Below are positions 49,601-61,600 of a stretch of 64,000 bases of DNA, in pieces. Positions within the stretch are counted from its first letter, which is position 1. Each line of letters begins with the position of its first letter. Made by a program: the position numbers and the translations under genes. Below the pieces are notes generated by a model that was not told where the DNA came from, did no database searches, and saw only the letters and a list, made by a program, of their open reading frames with translations. The stretch is from NCBI GenBank assembly GCA_965153285.1, contig OZ229116.1; one strand, given 5' to 3'. Origin of the DNA: Podarcis tiliguerta (Eukaryota).

Positions 49601-52600
49601 ATGACTGGCTAGAAGAGGAGGTAAGAAATGTTAAAAACAGTTGTTTCAGTTTGAAGAGAAAAAGTAACTGTTTTACTTTGTCATATGGGAATGTAGAACT
49701 GTGAAATTAAAGAACAGAAGCAAAATAGTAATGGCTTCCAGTCCAATAACATCTGTCTGCTTCAAAGATAGAAATAATGAACCAAAGAAATAATGGATTG
49801 GGAAATGCAATTAAGTGTATCACTAATAGGTTTTAAAGAGTTGCAGTGGTTTAGAAATTTTGTATAATGCAAAAAGAAGAAGAAAGTTAACTCTCAAATT
49901 AAACAACAGATGGATGTCTTTTTTAAGTATTCAGAATTCATTCCAGAACAAATAAACATATAAAATGAGGTTGAAAGAGCTTCTTTAGATGCACCCAACT
50001 TTTTTCTTTTATTTTCTTTTTAATTACCATACATTTTTACTGTAACATTAAGCTATAAATAAATTTATTTTCACAAACTAAATACGTTGCACTGTGTTGC
50101 TGTACTAGACACCAGCAATTGTCTTAATTTGACCTTACATATAGACAATATGGTAATGTGATGATCACACAATGCATGTTCATAATGGTATTGGCAATAT
50201 AAATCAATACCTGCTTCAGGCAGTTTGATTTAATCAGGGGCATGAATAAATTAAACTCCCTGAAGAGCTAATAAAGTGTCATAAAAATTACTTTTGGCGA
50301 TAATGATGCACAATTAATTGTAAAATACTTGCTTAATTTATTTAGCATTATGAGGTCAAATCAATAATCATTTTGCACTAGACAGAGAGCATCAAGCATT
50401 TTGAAGAATCATTAATGTTGCTGTTTTGTATTATTTTTAATTCTTGTGTTTTAATTTAACAAAATAAACTTACTGCCAATTATGTTTATGCTATGGTAAT
50501 AGTAATTCTCCTATGACACACAGATACATTAGCCTGTAAAACTAACTTAAAAATCATTTTAAATATGTGTAACTTGGGTGGGCAGAAATGAAACTTGTTG
50601 AAATAAAGCAATGGCTTAAAAATCATGTAGAGACCCACATAAATGTTTGGTTGAATATTCACAATTAAGCTTCCTTATTTTCAACTATATTTGCTATTTT
50701 TATATAGAACTTCCAGGACACTTACTTGTCTGTACTATCAATTTTACTATCAATTTATGTATTTAATATAGTACTATCCCACCTTTAATGGCAAGTCATC
50801 ACATTTTTTTCAATAAAAATGTTTAAAACAAACCTATTAAACATGTTAAATCTTTTAAAACATCAATGTAAAACATCTATGAGGGGACAGCAGTAAAATC
50901 AATACAAGGCTTTGATAAATTTAAACGAAATATTTGGGTACAGCTTTAAAGGACTAAGACAGGAGGGCAAATAATTGCTGGGAGAGGGAATTCCACCTTT
51001 GAAAAGACCCTCACCCTGGTACATGCCAACCTGATAGACCTTAGAGTTGGGCCCTAGAAAGGGGCCTCTTAGGGCCCTGCAGATTTACATGGGGGAAAGC
51101 AATCTTTCAAATAATCTGTTACCAAATGGTTTGGGGATTTAAAGGCTAACCCCAGAGTCGGTCACGACTGGACCTAATGGTCGGGGTCCCTTTACCTTTA
51201 CCTTTACTAGCACTTCAAATTGAAACCACCAATGAATGGGTAGCAAATGCAGATGATGAAAAATCAGTATATTATATGATCAAACCACCTAGGCCCAACA
51301 GTCATTCTTATGACTGAATTTTGCAGTTGATGAAGCTTCTAGGTTGCCTTTAAAGGAAGCACTCACTATATAGAGTGGCCTAGACCGAATGTAACCAGTG
51401 TATGTTTTGCTGAAGCCTGGTCAGTTTTCTCCAGATAGGATTACAGTTAGCTAGTTGAAAGGTATGCCTAATCACAGAGATAACCTGCAGCTTGTAGATG
51501 CTTAGATGCCCAGATGCTTAGAAAACTGAAGTAATTTCAATCTGTTTTAGTATTTTAACTTTTATATGTTTTAAAGATAACACTGAGTCTAGAACTTTGT
51601 TCAGGCATCTGTCTGAACATGTAAAAGGTTAAACTGGCGATGGGAGCAGGGTGTACAAGCAAGCCCTTCCCCCAGGCACTTCAACTGTAGAGTAATCCTG
51701 TTAAAAACTGGTTGCAAACCACATCGGTGGTCTTCTCAACCAATATACTTCTATATTATTTGGATTAAGTTTATTTGCTTGCCATCCCAGAACTGCCTCC
51801 AGCCACTTCTTTCAGGTTTCCACTGCCTCTCTTGAATAGTAGATGTAAGTGAGCATTAGAAATGTGAGAGGCTGGAAGCTTGAAGCACCACAAAGGCCAA
51901 TAGCTCTGGGGTGGAAAAGCCCATCCTCCAGAACCACCTTCTGAACCCACCCTTTCAGAAAGGACTGGAGCTGGCGTAACTCTCCCTTGAATAGTTGGGA
52001 GAAACTTGCAAAATGATGTTGCACCATTTCCAGCCTTAGAGGGTTTTTCACATTGATTGTTCATTTGTTGATATCAAAGCCTATTAATTTGAGTTTGGTG
52101 AATGGGCCCCTATCACTTGCAAAGACATTTCTGATTCATAATTCATGACTATGCTTTATTGTTTATTATGTGCAATTTTAGTGTGGTAACATGGCAAGAG
52201 AAGGACTACGCACTCTGGTTGTTGCCAAAAAATCATTAACCGAAGAACAGTATCAGGATTTTGAGGTAAAAAATCCTCATACTATACTGATGTTTTTGTA
52301 TTACTCTGGGTTTAACAACACACTTAATCCAAAATACTTCAATGTTTCAAAATAATTTAGAATGGCTAATATAGACTAATGATGAGTGAGATCTACTCTA
52401 GCTTGTTTCATCATAGGCTCAGTCTTTGTGGGCTTTTAGGAGAAAACTCTGAGAAAGCTTGGACTTTTCTCAAGAAAGCTTGAAAAGACACTGAGCCCCA
52501 TGAAGCTACCTCCCAGCCATCCATCGTCACAGCTCTTGCCCTCTTCTCAAACTTTCCTCTGAGTGGAGGAGAAAATCTGGCAGCAAGGAAGGCTGTCGAC

Positions 52601-55600
52601 AGTCAAAGCCTCATCTTTTAAGTTTTCAGGCTTGTTGTCTCCTAAGCATTGAGCTATGAGATGTTGTTCCTCTAAGACAGTGTTTTTCAGCCAGTGTGCT
52701 GTGGCACCCTAGGCTGCCTTGAATGATGGTCTGGGGTGCTGCGAGAACACTGGCCTCTGTCCCTCTTTCCTTCCCTGCCTCCTCTAATGCCTTCTCGCGT
52801 CTCTGCCTCCCAAAGGCTTGCACAACTGTTGCAGCGTCCCAGGCTACAAGCTTCCTAGGCGAATAGTGCCTCTGGGGCTGGTCAGGGGGGGCTTCCCAGG
52901 CCCATGTGGGGCATTGTGAGGAGGCACCTCTCTTTGGCGCAAGGGGCAGCTCAGAGACCAGGAGTGGCAGCTGCGGCTCCCCAGAGAACTCCCAAGGGAG
53001 GGTGTTTGAAAAAGGGTGAGTGACTGCCAGCTCTGCAGGCCAGGGGGTGACATAACTGGGCTCCTGAGCTCCACAGGGTTGCCACAAAAAGAATGTAGTT
53101 GGTCAAGGGAGCCATGGACTCAAAAAAGGTTGAAAATCTCTGATTTAAGATATTAATTGAGCATAAGAATATCAGTGGTTGCTAAACGTGATGCCTATGT
53201 TCTGCCTCCACTGTCTTGAAGCAGTATGCTTCTGTATATCAGTTGTTGTGAATCACAAGTGGGAGGAATGCTGTTGTGGTGAGGTTGGCCCATGTGAGAA
53301 CAGAGTGCTGGACTAACCCAGCAGGAGTACTCTTACATCCTTACGGTAGTGTCCCAGTTGGCAACAAGTAAAAACCTTTTATGTATATAAAGTTGGATTT
53401 TTGTCTTGTAAATAGAATCGATACAACCAAGCAAAATTAAGTATACATGACAGAACCCTCAAGGTGGCCGCCGTTGTGGAGAGTTTAGAAAGAGAAATGG
53501 AATTACTGTGTCTCACTGGAGTTGAAGATCAGCTACAGGCTGATGTCAGGCCAACTCTGGAGATGCTTCGAAACGCTGGAATAAAGGTACTAGCTTTTGT
53601 TTTGTCAGATAGTTAGCTTGTTTTTTTAAATTTGTTGTCTTTGCATGGTAGATTTATTTCCACGAATAGCAAATGATTCAGTCTTCTACTATGTGAGAAG
53701 GAGCGTTTAGATACTGGATAAGCTCCTGCAGATTAGGCCGCAGAACTAAAGAGAGAGAAAGGAGAAGCCCACCTCAGTTCTCTTATACCCATGTTGTCAC
53801 TTCTCATGGAAGACTTATTTAACTATTACAGCAATAGATAACTATTCAACGAAGAATGTACACAAAAGTACACATAAATATATTCTGTACCCGCGACTGT
53901 CATAAAATGTTCCTCTGTGAAATATTCCATGAATGCAGCCACAGACACATCTGTTTGGATAACAATACTGACTTACTTCACATGACCTTCGTCCTATCAA
54001 CCTAAACTACCCCTTCTTCCTACACAGAGCCTCATCCAGTAGCAGATGGGGTGAGGGCAGGAGTAGTGCTGGTCACCCAATCTCTTGGCTGGTGAATCAC
54101 TGCTGCTTCCTGGGAAGGTGAGTGGGAGATAGAAGATGGCGGGGAGTTCAGCACTGTGTGAACATGCTGGCAGGAGTGTTGTATTAACTCTGCCAGTGCA
54201 TTTGCACAGCCCCAACCTCCCCACAAACTTGTACCTCCCACTCTTAGTATAAAGCAGCAACTCTGCTGCTAAGAGGTCAGGTGAGCACTTCTGCCCCATC
54301 GCACCATCCACTACTGGCCTCAACAGCTGGACCCTGCACCATATCCTTAGCAGAGGGGACCTATACATTTTTGTTTAATGATATATAATAAGAATTTGCT
54401 TTGATAGACAGCAATTGAACACAATTCTCATGACAGAGATACAGTTGCATTTTTTGGGAACGCAATAGACAAGTAATAGTCAACTAAACTGACTCTCAAT
54501 TAATTCATAGATATGGATGTTAACAGGAGATAAATTGGAGACAGCTACTTGTATTGCAAAAAGCTCTCACCTAGTATCCAGAGCACAAGATATTCATATT
54601 TTCAGACCTGTAAGTATTGCTAACAGTACTTTGTTTCTTGTCACCCATAGCAATCTCTGCTACTGTTGTGGTGTTTGCTAAATACATGATATGTGTTCAT
54701 TCATTTTGTTATGTCATTCATTTTATGAGACAGAGAGATAGTATGGTAAAAGAATGAATTCCAGTGGGAATGCTATACACCCTTAGCTGCCCCGGTTTTA
54801 TTTGGTTTCATGACATCTGTTGAATTATGCACATATACTCATGTTCTCATGCACCTACATGCCCACATCCAGTGCTCCTGCACAGGCCATGTCAATGGGA
54901 ACCATACAGAAAAAAATCTTCTGTTTCAATTTGACTCCATGTCAGGATAGCTAAAGTGCAGTAAAGCTAGTTTAGTGTCTTTTTGACTACACTGAGAACA
55001 TATTGACATCTTCTTCTGATAGTCAAGGCCAGAGATGGAGGGTCTCCAGTCTGTGAGCTGATCTTGGTCTGCTGGCTTGTCCAGTTTGGCTCACACGGTC
55101 ATTTCCCCCAGACTATGTCCATATTCCTGGAGTACCCCTTGCAAGTTTCCCCACCCTCACTTTAGTGCATGAGGAGAATTTTGGAATTATAATTGCATGA
55201 AAATGTCCACTTTGGAAATGATCAGTATTTGCTATCCCTTCTGCTCCTCATTTGTTATATCTTATCCCTTTGGAAATCCTGGGGTAGAATACAGTTTCTC
55301 ATTCCAATAGTTTTTATCTTCTTTGAGGTATTGCCCTGGTCCGATATAGCACTAAACCATGATTTAGCATTATGACAATGTGCCACAACTTGTGCAATCT
55401 CTGCTCCTCTCCCCACTCCCCAGCTTTCCATCATTCCAAAGGGGAGTTTTAGAAAATTTCACCTACTCAGCTTCCCTTCAGCATTGCAGATATTGCTGCA
55501 TCTTGATTATTTACAGTGGGAAGCAAGAGATTTATAGAGATTTAAGGGTGGAAAAAACCAGAGTAATTCCACCATAGTATAAAGCAGATGATAGATAGAT

Positions 55601-55607
55601 GATAGAT

Positions 55608-55639
<32 letters not shown>

Positions 55640-58600
55640 TTACTGTCACACATTAAACTGTTGAATGCTTCCTTTTTAATTAAGGTTACAAGTCGTGGAG
55701 AAGCTCATTTGGAGCTAAATGCATTCAGAAGGAAACATGACTGTGCATTGGTAATATCTGGGGACTCTCTGGAGGTAAGGCCCTGGCTTTTGTCAGTGAC
55801 TGTACTGTTAAGGTAATTTAAAAATTGATTAATTCTAAGTACTTTTACCACCAGACTGCCAAAAGAGGACCCGAATAGCACCTTTGGTCTGCAGTTTGTT
55901 TTACATCAAAAACACTTAATACTGTAAGATTAAACCAAGTTGAGGAACAGTTACCCAGAATATCTGTTCTCTGATACCAGCCTTGGACTCATTGAAATAA
56001 ATGGATCTACTTTGAGTATAACTTTGTTATCACCCTCCTTCTGCAAAAATACTTGTTTGTCATTTCACAATATCAAAGATGATAATAACTTTCTGTGAGT
56101 TAAATTCTCCAGTTTAAATTCCAAGGGGGAAAAAGAGCCTTTCCAAGAATTGCAGTTCCCTACCCTGGCCATTCAGCAATATAAGTGTGTGCTTGGAAGC
56201 TACCAGTTACAATTTACAGAGACACTGGCACAAGAATCACTAAGGAGATTTTTACTGGAAAGGTTTAAGAATCGGCATTCTCATTTTTGTGTGTGGGGGG
56301 GGTAGTTTTTAAACTTATTTTTTCAGTTTCTAAAAACACTTACACAATCTCCATATATCCCACCCCCTATAAACATTCATTTCATACACAATGTAGCTTA
56401 TATAGTCAAACATGAAGCAGATATGTAACAATAATTACACTCTGTTAAGTGTCTTGAACACTATACGGGTTGTCCATGAATGAGTTGTGGGTATTCTTGA
56501 TTGCATCTTTTCAGGAACAAATTATTTCCACCCTCAGCTAGTCCACTAGCAAATCTGTGTGCTCCTCCTTTTGAGTTCTGCAGAAGAGTCAATACGTGGG
56601 CAAGTCTCTTGTTCCTGCAATAGTGTCTGTTCCTCTTGGGAAGGATGAACTTGCCCCACGATGAGTTGTGAGGAGGTCAGGAATATCTGTCATGGACATG
56701 ATCATCAGAAGCTGCCTTGTGCAAACAGTTGGTCTATTTGCCCAGTCTTGTTGACAGTGACTGGTAGCAGCACTTCAAGTTTTCATGCAGAAGCCCTTTC
56801 CACCTCTATCTAGAGATAACATGAATTGAACCTTTGCATTCAAAGCATGTACTGTATTAACAAAATAGATCCTATTTTGTGTTGTATCAAAATAAAGCTT
56901 ACAAGATAAATAGTATGTTCTTACACCTTCATTCACACACAACAGTGATTTCCATTGATGAAGAAACAAGCTGCCTTTTAGACTTTACAAAAACAGACAT
57001 TTATCTACCATTTCTTTCTTGCTTGCCCATAGCCCATGGTACATGTACTTCTGGTGCATGGGAATAGCACTGAAAAGTGATCCAACTTTCAGCTAACTCT
57101 CATGTTGTTTAAGCTAAAAATACTGCTGGAGTTCTGTTAAGTGGTAAACCCCCAATATGTTGCTTTTTGTAGGTCTGCTTGAAATACTATGAGCATGAAT
57201 TTGTGGAATTAGCTTGTCAGTGTCCAGCTGTAGTATGCTGCCGATGTTCACCCACCCAAAAGGCCCACATAGTAAAATTGTTGCAACACCACACAGGGAA
57301 ACGTACTTGTGCAATAGGTAAGCATCCACTCTGGTTTTATTCCCGTTGACAAACTAATGATATGTCTGTCCTCTCAAGTACAAGGACTAAGAAACTGTCC
57401 TGGATAATTTAATAGGCAAATGTTATATTTTCATTTATTTGTTTTCGTAAAAACCAAGGGAAAGGAGAATGTTAGCCGCTTTGAGACTCCTTCGGGTAGT
57501 GATAAAGCAGGATATCAAATCCAAACTCTCTAAATTAATTCCAAGTGAAATTAAATTCAACAAGCAAATTTTAAAGATTGTGGAACTGGTCTAAAATGTG
57601 ACAGGTGATTGTACTTTTTTTTCAGGTGATGGAGGAAATGATGTCAATATGATCCAGGCAGCAGACTGTGGAATTGGAATTGAAGGAAAGGTATATTTAT
57701 TACAGAGTTTATTAAATGTATACTTTATAATGTGTTGGAATCCACTGGTTAAAATTGTAAATACATTTGGTATATGCATATCTTACTCATAGTAGTAAAA
57801 ATTCATGCTGTGTATAAATCCCCATCACTTGAATTTTCAGATTTGGAGGTGCTCATTATTAAACCTGTTAATAGATGGTACTTTTTACAAGGTGATGTTT
57901 ACAGTGTTGATCGTTTTTTTCTAAATGTGTGATTCTTATTTTCAATTTAGGAGGGGAAACAAGCTTCTTTGGCTGCTGATTTTTCAATTACACAATTTAA
58001 ACACATTGGCCGGCTGCTGATGGTACATGGTCGAAATAGTTACAAAAGATCAGCAGCACTTGGTCAATTTGTCATGCACAGAGGCCTTATTATTTCAACT
58101 ATGCAGGTATTTAATTCTTTTTGCTTTCATTGTGAACTGTTTACCAACATTGTTCTAGCCATTTAAATTATTTCCCCAGATTATCTGTAGGAATCCCAAT
58201 ATAATATACTGTGTTCTTCCTCTAGGCTGTGTTTTCGTCAGTCTTCTATTTTGCATCTGTTCCTTTATACCAAGGTTTCCTCATGGTAGGGTAAGTAAGA
58301 GATTAAGTTCTACAAAAACTTTATTTCAGAGGTGTTTTGGTTTTTTGTTTACAGCGATCATCATTATGATAATGGCTATTAGTTATAATGAACAGTAACA
58401 TTCATTATGTTACCACTTTTATGGCATGTAATATGTTACCATTATAGGTAGCCACTATAATCTTTTTCTTGTGGCCTCAAAAACAGTACTAATTCTAGAC
58501 CGAAACCAATGAATTGAAGCATGTGCCACTAATGGCTACTTCACACAAGTCAAATTTAGTACACAAAAGTGAGTTCTGTGTAGAAAAGTACACAAATCCC

Positions 58601-61600
58601 TTGTTTAGTTTATGTCATGCTCGCTAATCCACATGCAGCAGGCCTCAATTTTCAGTGAGTTCCTGTGACCCTCCCTCTTAAGTATAAATGAGATAAATGA
58701 GATACATAATCAGATTGTGTTATTTTGATTGGTGAAGATAAAAATGTCCAAAACCAGACTAACATATGCCATAGCTTGCATGGGCACCAAGATATTATTA
58801 AGGAAGTGAAAGCAAGTTTATGTAAAGGATACATTTTTAAATATTTTTCAAATGATTTCTCCCTGAGGTATGCAACCATATACACGATGTTCCCAGTTTT
58901 CTCTTTAGTGCTGGATCAGGATGTGAAACCGGAAACGGCACTCCTTTATCCAGAACTTTATAAAGACCTTACTAAGGTAAGAGTTTTCAAAACGGGTCCA
59001 TGTGGGCGACATTCTTTCTTTCCTTTTTTTTTCTCTCCCCCCCCCCCCCCGTTGGCCCTATGTTTACTTATTTCATAAAATTTGTACACCATTTGATTGT
59101 AAAAAAATAAATAAATAAAAGCAGTTTACAAAAAGAGTTGTACTTCCAGAGCAATATATTATAGTGATAAGTTGACATTATTTACATCTTGCCTTGAACA
59201 CTGGGCAGTTTCTTCATATAAGACAGCATCAGCACCCTCGAGCAGCTGCTGGGACCCAAGTAGTAGGTGTTTTGGTCCACCCACTCTATTGACTGCAGCT
59301 GGTTCTGGGAATCATCATTCAGGGGCATTGTGGGTACTTTAGATGGTTGGTGGATTCCCAGACCCGGCCACGTGGGAGAATTCTCCACCTGTGTGCAGTG
59401 CGAAGTCATGGCCCATGGGTACCATTTGGCATATTATAGTTGCATGTGTTGATTTTAATGGAGAAAGTGAAATTGTGTGTTATTTCAGTAAGGAAAAACA
59501 AACGTCCCTTTCAAAACAGCTGAGGTTGTTTTTCCGAAAAGTGATTATGCACAGCACTATGTATTCAATAGGGAAATTGAATCTTTTTTGCAAAAGTTCA
59601 AAGAAATCTTTTAAGTTTAGATACCAAATGTAATTGCTGAAATGTAGCCCATATATTCTGTTTTTAAAATCAGGTCGTTGTAGTCCCAAAATATATAATT
59701 AAAAATACATAGTTTTTTGCTAATTGAATATATTTTGCCTTGTCCAAGTTGCTTACAAACTTCATTGTTTCTTTTAGGGAAGATCTTTGTCATTTAAGAC
59801 TTTCCTCATCTGGGTTTTAATCAGTATTTACCAAGGTAAGAGATCTGTCTTGGTTTTTTTCTTGAGTAAATTTTTTTTGGGGTCTTCTAACAGTTCCATT
59901 TCAGCTTTCACAATTAAATTTCCAAAACTTAACGTTTCATCCACAGGGCTTTTAAAAATTGCTTTATGTTTATCTTGAAATATGATATTCAAGTAGTGTC
60001 AGAACTATTAATTGCAGTTCAACATTGATTTTTTTCACCCAAGCCTGTTTGAGCCCCTTTCCCATATTCTCCATGCAGTCCCTGAATGCCTAGAATGAGG
60101 AGTGGAAGTGCGGTAACTAACCGTGCATGAAGAAGATGAGCTCTACAGTGAATCCATTATTAAAGTTCTTGTATATCTTTCTCAGGTGGCATTCTGATGT
60201 ATGGAGCTCTTTTGCTTTTCGAATCTGAATTTGTCCATGTTGTTGCCATTTCTTTCACTGCACTAATCCTGACCGAGCTTTTGATGGTTGCACTTACCAT
60301 ACGAACATGGCATTGGTTAATGGTGGTGGCTGAAATCTTCAGCCTTTGCTGTTATGTGGCCTCGCTTGCATTTCTAAATGAATATTTTGGTGAGTAGCTA
60401 TCACTTACATAATGGGTAGTATCTATTGTTCTGTTTTAAGATGTGCTATGTTTACACAGCTGTGAGCAGTATGACAGTAGTTTTTGTCTGAATTCAATTC
60501 AGCTGTATTAATTTGATCCAGATATGTGGACTGTCGCCATACCAGGCAACCTACATTATATATAAAAATCTGACCTTTATCACAAGGGATCCTTGTTTTA
60601 GGATTCCTCTTCGCCACAGCATTCAAATTAAAAACGCTGTTGGAGGTATGGAGTTACTGACCTCTGTCTTCTGTTTGTCTAACATAGCTCTTAAAAATAA
60701 CATTCACTTTTAGAATAGACTCCAGAATGTATTTTTAAATCTGAAATGGTACGGTCTGTAGGAGAGCAGCCTTCAGATACTACTAACTACTTTCAAACCT
60801 TTCAGCTCTCTCTTAACACATTCCTTTTTTAAATATTGCATCTTCTCTTATTTCCTTGTTTTTCTATAAATCTGTCCTTTCTTCTTCTACCTTATCGGAG
60901 CAGGTATAGGCAGAGTGTCTTTTGGAGCTTTCTTAGGTAGGTATAATTGCTATTTTCTTAAAGGTAAAGTGCCCCACAGAGCACTAGGACAAATTTGCCA
61001 AAACAGTAACAAGCATCCCTTTTTTTGCTAGCATTGAAAAAACGGTTTTCTTTTCATATTCCATTGCATGGTAATTACTTGCAATCTTAATGGATTTGTA
61101 TTGAAAAAGACTGATCAGGTTCTTAATTGTTTAATTGAATATGTATTTAAATTTACATGTGCAAATATCAGTGAAAGTGTGTCAACAATCCTGAAATCCA
61201 TAAAATTCAACTTTTAAAGTTCAAAATTTGCTTTTAATTTTGTTTAAATCATGCTGGATTTTTAAAAGGTGACATATTTGAACACCTTGCCTTTGTTCTT
61301 TGACATTTGTGCAAGAGCCTGGCATTTTCAAATCTGTCATAGTGGTGTTATTCAGTCCATTTTCAGGAGAGACTGATTTAATAAAGCAATTTTAAAAGAA
61401 ACATATGACAGTGTACAGCTGTGGCCTAATATTAATCAGCTCCCACCACCTCATGGTCTTATAAAATAGCCTGTGACAAGAGTTCAGTGATATTTATTGA
61501 TCTTGCACATTGGACATTCCCCCAATTTCCTGCTTTTATAACTTATTTTCCCTTTTTTATGTCTATAGATCTTGCCTTTATCACAACTGTGACCTTCCTG

